Below, one piece after another: positions 1 through 9,388 of a stretch of 64,000 nucleotides of DNA. The DNA is from Opitutia bacterium (GTDB taxonomy: Bacteria > Verrucomicrobiota > Verrucomicrobiia > Opitutales > Coraliomargaritaceae). Position 1 is the stretch's first letter, and every line of letters starts with the position of its first letter. The notes beneath the pieces are model-generated. The model was not told the DNA's origin. It was given only the letters and a program-made list of their open reading frames with translations, and ran no database searches. Made by a program: the position numbers and the translations under genes. The stretch covers positions 10,951-74,950 of the forward strand of contig JAQWIW010000003.1 of assembly GCA_029248665.1 (NCBI GenBank). Direction: 5' to 3'.

Positions 1-257
1 CCTATCGTACAATGTCCGCTTACTGCATGCCTTAATGAGGCATCTTTCAAAATCGTATATTTATTTTTTCTACCTACTTTTTCTCGCACAATATATCCAG
101 ATTCTTCTAAATCAGAGATTATACGTTGAACTGCTCGCTCCGTTATTCCAATCACTTGACCAATTAAACGCATAGGATAGCCTTCATAATTATGTAAACA
201 AATTAAGACTAAGCCATGATTTGATAAAACATTCCATTGATTTTTTTTGTCTTTCAC
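1..257 (-). CDS. winged-helix/HTH transcriptional regulator (partial; 3' end runs off the window)
   Basis: Not in the ORF track because there is no stop in the window. Manual reverse translation from GTG at 257 gives VKDKKNQWNVLSNHGLVLICLHNYEGYPMRLIGQVIGITERAVQRIISDLEESGYIVREKVGRKNKYTILKDASLRH... 'IGITERAVQRIISDLEESGYI' followed by a basic wing is a typical MarR/ArsR-like wHTH pattern. The start codon is uncertain. Confidence 0.5.
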   Translation of the reverse strand, partial: MKDKKNQWNVLSNHGLVLICLHNYEGYPMRLIGQVIGITERAVQRIISDLEESGYIVREKVGRKNKYTILKDASLRHAVSGHCTI

Positions 258-318
258 AAAACATAAGATACTAATTATTCCAAAAATGTAAAACACGAAA
301 TAAATTTCTTATTTATAA

Positions 319-1119
319 ATGAAGCCTTACCCATTTTGGTCCTTCTTAAGTATAAGTGCACTCGATGCACCCATGATCAGCGTTGCTTGGTATATATACT
401 TTGTCGAAAAATCTCAAATAGCAGATTTAAATATGCAATATTGCCTAATTTTAGGGTGTTCCGTCTGGCTTGGCTATATGGCTGACCGGCTTTTTGACAT
501 TGAATTTAAAAAAGAAGCTAAATTTATTTCATTGCGACACCTATTTTGCAAACAGTACAAGCCTTACTTATGGGCTTTATGGGCAATAATCTTGATCTCA
601 ACTCTGATATTTAGCCTTGATACACTAAATAACGACAAAATTGTCGTAGGTTTCATACTTATTCTAATTATATTACTCTACAACTTCCTAAATCAGTATT
701 TTACCAAAAAAAAATTCCCCAAAGAGGTCTTTATAGCAGCCATATTTGCTTACGGAACATTATTCCTAATACAAGGCCCTATGAATCTCAGCTATTTATT
801 TAATTTCTGTTTAATATGCTTTCTTAACTGTCTAATTATTAACCATAAGGAAAAAAAAATAGACCAACTGATGGGTGTTACCTCCCTAACACATCTATTT
901 AGCCATCGTTTTATCTTGATAATAATAAGTCTATCTTGCGCCTATTATCTAATCAGTTTTCAGAGTATACTTAACCCCTTTTCCATTATATGCCTTATAA
1001 ATTTGGCACTTCATGCTACTTCGAAACATATTGATGCTGAGCACTTTAGAGTTATCACAGAGACTTCATATATCCTAGTGGCCCTGATTGCGGTTATGCT
1101 ACTAAAAATAAACCTTTAA
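319..1119 (+). CDS. polytopic inner-membrane protein, possibly a divergent UbiA-superfamily prenyltransferase
   Basis: 266 aa, very hydrophobic, about 8 predicted TM stretches. 'YMADRLFD' (DxxxD) and a later 'KEKKIDQLMGVTSL' resemble the two Asp-rich loops of UbiA-type enzymes, but both are degenerate. Confidence 0.35.
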   Translation: MKPYPFWSFLSISALDAPMISVAWYIYFVEKSQIADLNMQYCLILGCSVWLGYMADRLFDIEFKKEAKFISLRHLFCKQYKPYLWALWAIILISTLIFSLDTLNNDKIVVGFILILIILLYNFLNQYFTKKKFPKEVFIAAIFAYGTLFLIQGPMNLSYLFNFCLICFLNCLIINHKEKKIDQLMGVTSLTHLFSHRFILIIISLSCAYYLISFQSILNPFSIICLINLALHATSKHIDAEHFRVITETSYILVALIAVMLLKINL

Positions 1120-1143
1120 CAAAAAATCTCAAAAATAACTTAT

Positions 1144-1923
1144 TTATTTCAGATCAATATCAAATAAACTGTCATAGAGACCATAATTGACATTAAAATC
1201 ATCAATAAAGGTAGCAAATTTTCGTTTCCCGTTAACATATTTGTCCATACGGGTGGCAAAAATAATCCCTTGAATGCTTTTAAAATTACGGAAATAAATC
1301 TCTTCAAGCATTTCTTGATCATTTTCTAGAAACAAGCGATCATATTTAACTTCCTGAAAATTTTCTGCACTTATCCAAATCTTTTGATAAGGGTACTGAC
1401 TACGCTCATCAATGGATAATAAAATGCATTTTTGATCTTCAATGTAATCGTAACCCTCAATTGTTACATATTGCCCCTCTTCCTCCGTAACTAAAAGGAA
1501 AGGACCTTCTATCTTGGATTCATATTTAACTGATTCTAGTGCCTCACCTTGAAGATTTTCGCGATAGACCTCTCTTCCTCCGTGGTAAAATATCTGAACT
1601 GCATTTATTCCATCAAAAATAACTTCTAATTGAACGAGCTTATTCCCCAGTTTTGTCTCATAAAATGAGCGATATTTATTGGGCCTTTTCTTATAAATAC
1701 GAAAACCTCTTTCGATCGTATCTTCTTCTGTATAATATAAAATACGCCCACTTGCGAAAACAGAATTTAATTTATCTAAGGTGTACTGACCATTGTTACC
1801 TTCAATATGTAAAAGCTTAAGCTCATCAAGTGTCGGCATCTCAACATCTCTCTCGGCAATCAACTGAGAGGCACTTGCAACAAATATGATAAATACTGTA
1901 AAAAGCTTATTTAGGTTATTCAT
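1144..1923 (-). CDS. secreted protein, LolA-like (outer-membrane lipoprotein-sorting protein fold) candidate
   Basis: N-terminal signal peptide MNNLNKLFTVFIIFVASASQLIA. 'YKKRPNKYR ... FDG' spacing is typical of LolA-like/DUF4367-type proteins. The architecture resembles the ORF at 56366-57328. Confidence 0.4.
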   Translation of the reverse strand: MNNLNKLFTVFIIFVASASQLIAERDVEMPTLDELKLLHIEGNNGQYTLDKLNSVFASGRILYYTEEDTIERGFRIYKKRPNKYRSFYETKLGNKLVQLEVIFDGINAVQIFYHGGREVYRENLQGEALESVKYESKIEGPFLLVTEEEGQYVTIEGYDYIEDQKCILLSIDERSQYPYQKIWISAENFQEVKYDRLFLENDQEMLEEIYFRNFKSIQGIIFATRMDKYVNGKRKFATFIDDFNVNYGLYDSLFDIDLK

Positions 1924-1989
1924 AGCTATATATTTTGAAATAGTAATTTTATAAAATTCATCAACAGATTGAAGTATAGTTACTTTTAT

Positions 1990-2547
1990 TTAAAGCAAAT
2001 CTTTCACTTTCTCAAGAATGGTTTCTACTTTAGCTAATTTGCCTAAGCCAACATAACCACATGCAAGAAGCCCCTCTTCGGGTTCAACAAAATGATAATT
2101 TCGATCACGCAGAACTTTCATGTTCTCCTGGGTTGCGGGATGATCATACATCTTTCCGTTCATTGCAGGTGCAATAAGCACGGGTGCTTGAGTCGCTAGG
2201 TGAATGGTTGAAAGTAAATCTGGGGCCAATCCTTGAGCAAAAAGCCCAATACAATTAGCACTTGCAGGTGCGACTAGCAATAAATCAGCTGAGTCGGCAA
2301 TTTGGATATGATTCGGGTGATTATGCTCAGATTCATACCAAAGGTCGGTTAATGCCGGGTTCTTGGACAAAATCTGCAAAGTAAGTGGTTGAATAAAACG
2401 ACACGCTGAATCCGTTAAAATAGGATATACGATTGCTCCAGCCTCCTTTAAGCGTGAACATAAATCTGCAGATTTATAGGCAGCTATAGAGCCAGTGATT
2501 CCTAAAACAATGGTACGACCTTTAAGATTTAAATTATCAACACTCAC
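1990..2547 (-). CDS. coaC: phosphopantothenoylcysteine decarboxylase (stand-alone CoaC flavoprotein, no fused CoaB domain)
   Basis: 'GITGSIAAYKSADL', 'FIQPLTLQ', 'VAPASANCIG', 'PAMNGKMYDHPATQENMKVL' and 'LACGYVGLGKL' match the N-terminal half of E. coli Dfp/CoaBC almost motif for motif. The ORF stops at 185 aa. Confidence 0.85.
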   Translation of the reverse strand: MSVDNLNLKGRTIVLGITGSIAAYKSADLCSRLKEAGAIVYPILTDSACRFIQPLTLQILSKNPALTDLWYESEHNHPNHIQIADSADLLLVAPASANCIGLFAQGLAPDLLSTIHLATQAPVLIAPAMNGKMYDHPATQENMKVLRDRNYHFVEPEEGLLACGYVGLGKLAKVETILEKVKDLL

Positions 2548-2636
2548 AATCGGTAAATTCTAATTTGATTTTCATACGAAAACTCTATTAAGATGACTAT
2601 TTAATAACTATCAAATCAAATAATCGCAGAAAAACC

Positions 2637-4316
2637 ATGCACAAAGGAACAATATCCAAGTATCCAAAAGCAAAAAAGATTTCCATAAAGAATCGAACAT
2701 GGCCTGATAATGAGCATACATCTGCACCTATTTGGGCAAGCGTTGATTTACGAGATGGCAATCAAGCCCTTGCTATACCTATGAATATTGATGAGAAGTT
2801 AAAATTTTTTGACTGTTTGGTAAAAACAGGCTTTAAGGAAATTGAAATTGGCTTTCCTTCAGCGAATGATACCGAGTTTAATTTTATCAGAAAATTAATA
2901 GAAGAAAATAGAATTCCTAAAGATGTCACGATACAGGTATTGGTTCAAGCACGAGAGCATCTCATTAAAAAAACTTTTGAAAGTTTGAAAGGTGCGCATT
3001 CGGCAATTATTCATTTATACAATTCAACTTCACCACTTCAAAGAAAGGTTACCTTCAATAATAAGTCGAAGGAGGAAATTAAGGCGATTGCAGTCGAGGG
3101 GACCCGCCTAGTAAAAACACTTAGTGAGCAATGTGATATACAGAATATTCGCTTTGAATATTCACCCGAGAGTTTTTCGGATACAGAACTAGAGTATGCC
3201 TTAGAAGTATGCCAAGCAGTAATGGATGTATGGAAACCTACTCAAGAAAATCCAATCATCCTTAACCTCCCAGCAACAGTTGAAATTTCGACTCCGAATA
3301 TTTATGCGGATCAGGTCGAGTGGTTCTGTACACATTTGAATAACCGAGACTTAGCGATTATCAGCCTTCATACCCACAACGACAGAGGCACCGGTGTTGC
3401 CGCAACTGAGTTAGGCTTATTGGCAGGAGCCGATCGTGTAGAAGGCACCCTCTTTGGCAATGGTGAACGTACGGGCAATTTGGACATTATCACTGTAGCT
3501 CTTAATTTATATTCTCAAGGTATTGACCCTGAACTCGAGCTCGGTGACTTAGATTCACTTAGAACAATTTATGAAGAAGTGACTCGTATGCAGGTGCCTG
3601 AGCGACATCCTTATTCTGGCGACCTTGTCTTCACTGCATTTTCTGGTTCACACCAAGATGCGATCAAGAAGGGAATGGATTTACGGGACAAAAAATCGAA
3701 AGACCGTGTACTTTGGGAGGTTCCCTATTTACACATCGATCCAGATGATATTGGCAGAAATTACGAGGCCATTATTCGAATCAATAGCCAAAGTGGTAAA
3801 GGTGGAGTCGCTTATATTCTCAATCACGACTACGGCTTAGACTTACCTAAAGCGATGCACCCTGAAGTGGGTGAAGTGACCAATTTATTTGCGGATAGAG
3901 AAAGCCGTGAGTTATCCGCTGATGAAATTTTCGCCCAATACAAAGAAACTTTCGTAAATCTTGAAGCACCTTTGAAATTATTGTCGATTGACCGAACATT
4001 CAATGAAGCCGATGACAGTCTTATTCTTAAAGCGCAGATTGAAAAGGACGGGCAGGAACACTTCATTGAAGGCACCGGCAATGGCCCGATCAGTGCTTTC
4101 GTTGATGCGATTGATAAAGAAGGTTGGAAAGATTTTAGCTTGAATGACTACCGACAGCATTCAATAGGCAGTGGCTCAAAAACCGAAGCGGCAGCCTATG
4201 TGCAAATTGTCAGCAAGCAAGGAAGCCATGTTTACGGATGTGGAATTGATGCAAATATCGAAAAAGCTGGGCTGAAAGCATTAATCAGTGCTTATAATCG
4301 CTTGCAAAAAAAATAA
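2637..4316 (+). CDS. leuA: 2-isopropylmalate synthase, long (actinobacterial/yeast-like) type
   Basis: 559 aa. 'PIWASVDLRDGNQAL', 'HTHNDRGTGVAATELGLLAGADRVEGTLFGNGERTGN' and a C-terminal LeuA dimerisation/regulatory domain. Confidence 0.95.
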   Translation: MHKGTISKYPKAKKISIKNRTWPDNEHTSAPIWASVDLRDGNQALAIPMNIDEKLKFFDCLVKTGFKEIEIGFPSANDTEFNFIRKLIEENRIPKDVTIQVLVQAREHLIKKTFESLKGAHSAIIHLYNSTSPLQRKVTFNNKSKEEIKAIAVEGTRLVKTLSEQCDIQNIRFEYSPESFSDTELEYALEVCQAVMDVWKPTQENPIILNLPATVEISTPNIYADQVEWFCTHLNNRDLAIISLHTHNDRGTGVAATELGLLAGADRVEGTLFGNGERTGNLDIITVALNLYSQGIDPELELGDLDSLRTIYEEVTRMQVPERHPYSGDLVFTAFSGSHQDAIKKGMDLRDKKSKDRVLWEVPYLHIDPDDIGRNYEAIIRINSQSGKGGVAYILNHDYGLDLPKAMHPEVGEVTNLFADRESRELSADEIFAQYKETFVNLEAPLKLLSIDRTFNEADDSLILKAQIEKDGQEHFIEGTGNGPISAFVDAIDKEGWKDFSLNDYRQHSIGSGSKTEAAAYVQIVSKQGSHVYGCGIDANIEKAGLKALISAYNRLQKK

Positions 4317-4335
4317 TTTAAAAATCACAACTTGT

Positions 4336-5133
4336 ATGAAATTTTATAAATACCATGCATTAGGAAATGATTACCTAGTGCTCAATCCTCAAGACTGCCC
4401 TAATATCTTAGATAATGATGCAATCATTCGCATCTGTCATAGAAATTTCGGACTCGGCTCAGATGGCATTCTCTACGGACCACTTCCAACAGAAGGAGCA
4501 GACTGTGCTTTGAAGATTTTTAATCCAGATGGCTCAGAAGCTGAAAAAAGTGGTAATGGATTACGGATATTTGCTCGCTATTTACACGATCATAAGTTGA
4601 TCAAATCAAACCCTTTTAAAGTACTTACCTTAGGTGGTGAAGTGACGATTGATATCGAAGATCCTAGTTCGGCAATCACTGTCGATATGGGCTCTGTTCG
4701 CTTTGCTGACGATGCCCAATTGGAAATCAATGGTACCGATTACCTCTGCCACATTGCCGATATTGGCAACCCGCATTGCGTAATTCCGCTCGATTCAATC
4801 TCTTCTGAATTAACCCATAAAGATGGGCCCGTCCTAGAAACACATTCACATTTCCCTAACAGAACGAATGTTCAGTTTTTAAAGGTCATCGACAGAAACA
4901 ATATTCAAATTGAAATTTGGGAACGTGGTGCTGGCTATACTTTGGCCTCCGGTTCAAGTAGCAGTGCGGCGGCGGCGGTCGCTCACAAACTTGGCCATTG
5001 TGACGAACAAATCACCGTCCACATGCCAGGTGGTACCATCCAAATTGAAATCGGTGAGAATTATGCGATAAGGATGACTGGTCCGACTACACGAGTGGGC
5101 ACCTACGAATTTGATCTGGAGGCATTGAAATAA
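4336..5133 (+). CDS. dapF: diaminopimelate epimerase homologue (DapF fold) with both catalytic Cys positions occupied by Ser
   Basis: 'MKFYKYHALGNDYLVL', 'IFNPDGSEAEKSGNGLR', 'GNPHCV' and 'WERGAGYTLASGSSSSAAA' align with E. coli DapF. Start moved to the ATG at 4336, because the longer track ORF overlaps the leuA end. See finding. Confidence 0.8.
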   Translation: MKFYKYHALGNDYLVLNPQDCPNILDNDAIIRICHRNFGLGSDGILYGPLPTEGADCALKIFNPDGSEAEKSGNGLRIFARYLHDHKLIKSNPFKVLTLGGEVTIDIEDPSSAITVDMGSVRFADDAQLEINGTDYLCHIADIGNPHCVIPLDSISSELTHKDGPVLETHSHFPNRTNVQFLKVIDRNNIQIEIWERGAGYTLASGSSSSAAAAVAHKLGHCDEQITVHMPGGTIQIEIGENYAIRMTGPTTRVGTYEFDLEALK

Positions 5134-5291
5134 AACTCCTTAAACATTTATATCTAGAAAGCCTCAAGTGCCCAACTCAGGGTAAATTGCTATTTATTAA
5201 TTAAACTACACTTTTCTAGGAAAGGAATGGGAACACTATTTTGCTACTTGCAAAGCAATCCATTAAGCCTAGCGTCCTGCTGAAATTAAAG

Positions 5292-6908
5292 ATGACTAAA
5301 TTTATTATAAATCGTGCTAAAAACGTTAAAAACGATATTTTAAGTGGTATAACCGTTGCTTTAGCATTTGTGCCAGAAGCTGTTGCCTTTGCCTTTGTTG
5401 CTGGGGTTGATCCATTGGTTGGACTTTATGCAGCATTTCTAGTAGGCTTAATCACGTCTGTCTTTGGTGGTCGACCTGGGATGATCAGTGGTGCTACGGG
5501 AGCCTTAGCGGTGGTTATGGTCAGTCTAGTGGCAACAGGGAATGCAATGGGAGAACCTGGGGAACAGTTAGGCCTGTATTACCTTTTTGTCACCGTTATC
5601 TTAATGGGGCTCATTCAGGTACTGGCTGGAGTTTTTAAGTTGGGTAAATTTGTGCGTTTGATTCCTCATCCTGTGATGATGGGTTTCGTCAATGGTTTAG
5701 CTATTGTTATTTTCTTATCTCAATTACATATGTTCCAAGATGCAAAAACTGGACATTGGTTCGGCGGGCAGGAACTCTGGACAATGTTGAGCTTAGTCGC
5801 GTTGACGATGGGCATTATGTTTTTCTTACCTAAGATCACCTCAAAATTGCCTGAGGCTTTGATCGCTATCTGTGTTGTCTCATTCTTGGGTATCTTCGGA
5901 AATTTTGATGTCGCAACTGTTGGTAGCTTCATTCGAGATGGTGGCGGTAGTGGCTTAGAGGGTGGCTTACCTGTCTTTCAAAGCGACCTATTCACTAAAA
6001 TACCTTTAAATTTCGAAACACTTAGTTTCATTTTTCCGTATGCTTTAATTCTTGCTGCGATTGGATTGATTGAATCCTTGATGACCTTAAATCTGATCGA
6101 CGATTTAACTGAAACACGAGGCAATGCGAATAAAGAGTGTATCGCCCAAGGTGGTGCAAATCTTGTCACTGGCTTCTTTGGTGGTATGGGTGGCTGTGCC
6201 ATGATTGGACAATCCTTAATCAATATCAAATCAGGTGGAAGAACTCGGCTTTCCGGTATAGTCGCATCCATTTTACTTCTAGTCTTTATTCTTTTTGCTT
6301 CAGGCCTTATCGAACAAGTACCAATCGCCGCTTTAGTTGGTGTTATGTTCATGGTAGTCATCGGAACCTTTGCTTGGAGTAGTTTCCGAATTCTTAATAA
6401 AATTCCTCTAACTGACGTTATTGTTTTAATCGCAGTATCTTCATTAACTGTTGTTTTCGACCTAGCGATCGCCGTCATTGCTGGGGTTATCATGAGTGCT
6501 TTGGTTTTTTCATGGGAAAGTGCAAAACAAATCCGTGCTCGACAGCGTGTGAAAAAAGATGGGACAAAAGTTTATGAGATCTGGGGGCCTTTATTCTTTG
6601 GATCAATCACTACGTTCAATAGCAAATTTGACGTTAAGAATGACCCTGAATCGATCGAAATTGATTTTGTTGAATCAAGAGTCAGTGATCATTCAGCCAT
6701 CGAAGCGGTCTTCAACTTAGTCAATAAATACGAAGATGCAGGAAAAAAAGTTAAACTCAAGCATCTGAGTGAAGACTGCAAACAGCTACTCTACAAATCC
6801 AGTACTAAGTTTAAGGAGGTTGTGATCGAAGCTGTTGACGACCCACGGTATCATTTAGCAGAAAACCCAGAAGCTTTCGATAAGGGACTCGCTGAGTATA
6901 AGTTTTAG
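5292..6908 (+). CDS. SulP-family anion (sulfate/bicarbonate) transporter with C-terminal STAS domain
   Basis: 'DILSGITVALAFVPEAVAFAFVAGV' is the SulP signature region. About 11 TM segments, then a soluble 'VYEIWGPLFFGS...' STAS domain. ATG at 5292 is preferred over the upstream TTG. Confidence 0.9.
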   Translation: MTKFIINRAKNVKNDILSGITVALAFVPEAVAFAFVAGVDPLVGLYAAFLVGLITSVFGGRPGMISGATGALAVVMVSLVATGNAMGEPGEQLGLYYLFVTVILMGLIQVLAGVFKLGKFVRLIPHPVMMGFVNGLAIVIFLSQLHMFQDAKTGHWFGGQELWTMLSLVALTMGIMFFLPKITSKLPEALIAICVVSFLGIFGNFDVATVGSFIRDGGGSGLEGGLPVFQSDLFTKIPLNFETLSFIFPYALILAAIGLIESLMTLNLIDDLTETRGNANKECIAQGGANLVTGFFGGMGGCAMIGQSLINIKSGGRTRLSGIVASILLLVFILFASGLIEQVPIAALVGVMFMVVIGTFAWSSFRILNKIPLTDVIVLIAVSSLTVVFDLAIAVIAGVIMSALVFSWESAKQIRARQRVKKDGTKVYEIWGPLFFGSITTFNSKFDVKNDPESIEIDFVESRVSDHSAIEAVFNLVNKYEDAGKKVKLKHLSEDCKQLLYKSSTKFKEVVIEAVDDPRYHLAENPEAFDKGLAEYKF

Positions 6909-7214
6909 CTTTCAACAAGAAAAGCAGACAAAAAAAATTCCCCGCCTGTGCCGTATTGTGGAAGTTCTTAGCCTTTGTTAGCTAAAGTGGGAATTCTGAA
7001 AATATTTTCTATCGTCCATTGCTGGCGTGATATCCAATATTCTAAGGCAACTCCCATAAAATTAAGAGTAAAGGACAGAACTTCGAAAATTCTCGAACAC
7101 TGCAGAGAATAATACTAATTTAAAGAATCTAAGAATAAATCAACAAGAAATGGATAAAAGTTCTGTGAGCAGTGATTGACATTTATAACTAACTCAACTG
7201 AAATTAAGGAAACT

Positions 7215-7709
7215 ATGAGATTAATATACGCCCTCCTCACTGCCATTCTATTCTCAAGCTGCATCTCATTAGACAGAAACAATGAGGCGCAAAATTTACA
7301 AATTAGCTCAATCATTCCCAAATATATGGTGCATGAAGAATTTTTGAGTATTAAGGAATATCTCACTGGGAAAGAGACTATTAAAAACCGGTTGATCATT
7401 CGCTCAACTGAAGGTGAAAGAACGGGTCTTTATTTAGCGATCACGCTCAATGAAAAAATCCCACAACTTCCGGTGGATACTTCCATCGTTTGTGAAATAT
7501 ATATGCCGGGAAAACTCAATCCCGATGTATTTGAATTTCCATTACCTAAGCTCAATAAATTGCCCAATAATAAATCCATGCTTCTTGGTATAACTGGAGA
7601 TGATTGGCCTTACGGAAATGATGCTTTGCCTACAGCTTGGAGGATCACCTTAGTCGATAGCAAAGAAAATATTATTGCTGAAAAAAGCAGTCAGGTTTGG
7701 AGCTTGTAA
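7215..7709 (+). CDS. hypothetical lipoprotein
   Basis: Lipobox 'MRLIYALLTAILFSS|C' follows an AAGGAA Shine-Dalgarno-like site. No family recognised. Confidence 0.6.
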   Translation: MRLIYALLTAILFSSCISLDRNNEAQNLQISSIIPKYMVHEEFLSIKEYLTGKETIKNRLIIRSTEGERTGLYLAITLNEKIPQLPVDTSIVCEIYMPGKLNPDVFEFPLPKLNKLPNNKSMLLGITGDDWPYGNDALPTAWRITLVDSKENIIAEKSSQVWSL

Positions 7710-7732
7710 GCTTAGCTTAAGCATTGAGCGTC

Positions 7733-8614
7733 ATGAATGAGACTCAATTCACCTCATGGCAAAAGTGGCCAGAAAGCCCTTATTTTGACCTCAAAAGTTT
7801 TCATGAAACCTTTGATGGCGGCCAATCCTTTGCTTGGGATCTAAAGCCTGATTATATCGAAGGGCAATTTCTTAAATCTATTTTCAGACTAAGACTTGAG
7901 GAAAATCGTATTATTTTTTCGGTTCCAAAAACAACCAACCTGAGTACGGCAAAACTCGCACTTGCTCAATATCTATCTACCGATATCGATTTTGAAGCGA
8001 TGAAGGATGCACTCCCTTGGCGTTCTGACCCCATTCTCAAACAAGCAATCGAGGCCTATCCTTATTTGAGAATCCTTCGGCAACCATTCCCCGAAACATT
8101 GCTCGGATTTTTATGTAGCTCAACAAAACAAATTCCCCAAATAAAACAAATTCTTAGATTATCAGCTGAATCGTATGGAGAAATTATTGAAAATGATTTC
8201 AAAAGTTTACCCACTTGGAAAATCTTAGAACGGCTAGAAGGAAAACAGTTACGGAAATTAAAACTAGGCTATCGGGCGAACTACATCAAAAAAAGTGCCG
8301 ATTATTTAAAAGCACATCCTCAGTTTCTAAAAGAGCTGCCTGGCCTGCCTACACTTGAAGCCAAAAAAAATCTCCTGCAATTACCTGGAGTTGGAGAAAA
8401 AATTGCCGATTGTGTTTTACTATTTGGCTTAGGAAGAATGGAGTCTTTTCCAATTGATACCTGGATTGAAAAAATTCTAGTTAAATTTTACCAGCTAGAG
8501 GGCTATTCCAAAGAACAGCTTCAACAATTTGCCTTATCGCACTTTGGCTCAAATGCTGGCTTTGCACAGCAATTCTTATTTTCCGCTGCACGCTCTGAAG
8601 CGATTACGATTTAG
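7733..8614 (+). CDS. ogg: 8-oxoguanine DNA glycosylase / HhH-GPD base-excision repair enzyme (OGG1-like)
   Basis: HhH-GPD motif 'LLQLPGVGEKIADCVLLFGLGRMESFPIDTW' and an OGG-type N-terminal domain. ATG at 7733; a TTG at 7724 is also possible. Confidence 0.8.
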   Translation: MNETQFTSWQKWPESPYFDLKSFHETFDGGQSFAWDLKPDYIEGQFLKSIFRLRLEENRIIFSVPKTTNLSTAKLALAQYLSTDIDFEAMKDALPWRSDPILKQAIEAYPYLRILRQPFPETLLGFLCSSTKQIPQIKQILRLSAESYGEIIENDFKSLPTWKILERLEGKQLRKLKLGYRANYIKKSADYLKAHPQFLKELPGLPTLEAKKNLLQLPGVGEKIADCVLLFGLGRMESFPIDTWIEKILVKFYQLEGYSKEQLQQFALSHFGSNAGFAQQFLFSAARSEAITI

Positions 8615-8999
8615 CAAATAACTTTTGCCCGATAATCAAGCCTGCAACTAAAGCGAATAGCCCACCTAAAACAGAAAAGGTAGCGTATATACCTGCGTCT
8701 AATGCACTCGCATTCATCAGACCTTCAAACAATAAAAAGACAAATGATGCGAAAGTGGTAAATCCTCCGCAAAAACCTACACCCCAAAAATGCCAATACA
8801 CTTTTGCTTCTTCATTATCTCTCATCTGAGACTGAATTAAAAAGAGCCCGATAATAAAGCACCCAAATATATTCATTAAAAAAAGTGATGTGTAATTATT
8901 AGCCCAAGCAAACGATAGTAAAAATGTATCGGTAAAAAATCGGGTCAAGCCACCTAAAGCACTACCAAAACCAACTGCTAATGGGATAGATATCTTCAT
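8604..8999 (-). CDS. crcB: fluoride ion channel CrcB/FluC (second copy of a tandem pair)
   Basis: 131 aa, 4 TM, 'FCGGFTTFASF' signature. Overlaps the upstream copy by 4 nt. Confidence 0.9.
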   Translation of the reverse strand: MKISIPLAVGFGSALGGLTRFFTDTFLLSFAWANNYTSLFLMNIFGCFIIGLFLIQSQMRDNEEAKVYWHFWGVGFCGGFTTFASFVFLLFEGLMNASALDAGIYATFSVLGGLFALVAGLIIGQKLFAKS

Positions 9000-9388
9000 T
9001 TTAAGATACCTTCATTTAATACTAGAACAGCCCAAAAGCCAATGATGCCGAAGATCGGACTTCCAATCAAATAGACTAATGCATGGCCAAATTTATTCTT
9101 CTGAATCAAATTATAAGTGTCTAAGCTATACGTTGAAAAAGTCGTCATTCCTCCAAGAAAGCCAATTACAAGCAATGCTTCTCTCTCAAGGTGCCTTTCG
9201 ACAATCATCCCATAAGACAAGACCACACCTAGTAAGGCTGCACCAAGGCAGTTGACGGCCAAAGTACCAATAGGAAATCCATTCAAATGATAGCGATTCA
9301 GCCAAGTTGATAAAAAAAATCGACTCAGACCACCGAAGAAACCTCCTATAAGAATATATACGATGTACACGCACCTTCTTTGACCCAT
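8996..9388 (-). CDS. crcB: fluoride ion channel CrcB/FluC (first copy of a tandem pair)
   Basis: 130 aa, 4 TM, 'GGFFGGLSRF' and 'FLGGMTTFSTY' signatures. Confidence 0.9.
   Translation of the reverse strand: MGQRRCVYIVYILIGGFFGGLSRFFLSTWLNRYHLNGFPIGTLAVNCLGAALLGVVLSYGMIVERHLEREALLVIGFLGGMTTFSTYSLDTYNLIQKNKFGHALVYLIGSPIFGIIGFWAVLVLNEGILK

Noticed and set aside
2548-2636. Possible leucine leader peptide or attenuator upstream of leuA.
   Set aside because: There is no Leu-rich mini-ORF and no terminator/antiterminator hairpins.
5978-6493. 171-aa ORF antisense to the SulP transporter. Similar long antisense ORFs occur at 34467-34916 (in deoA), 57455-57898 (in gspF), 28981-29394 (in infB), 31593-31934 (in serA) and 14945-15277 (in nuoG), plus many 60-100-aa ORFs inside other genes.
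   Set aside because: All lie fully inside genes with strong motif support on the opposite strand. Their translations are low-complexity and show no recognisable motifs. They are most simply explained as shadow ORFs.
6936-6995. 7-bp inverted repeat AATTCCC/GGGAATT enclosing about 46 nt (with an inner TTAGC/GCTAA pair) in the 306-nt gap after sulP. On the minus strand it ends in GGGGAATTTTTTTT, which resembles an sRNA 3' end.
   Set aside because: The stem is short and the loop very long. No minus-strand gene lies upstream to terminate, and no promoter is evident. The evidence is too weak to call an ncRNA or terminator without expression or covariation data.
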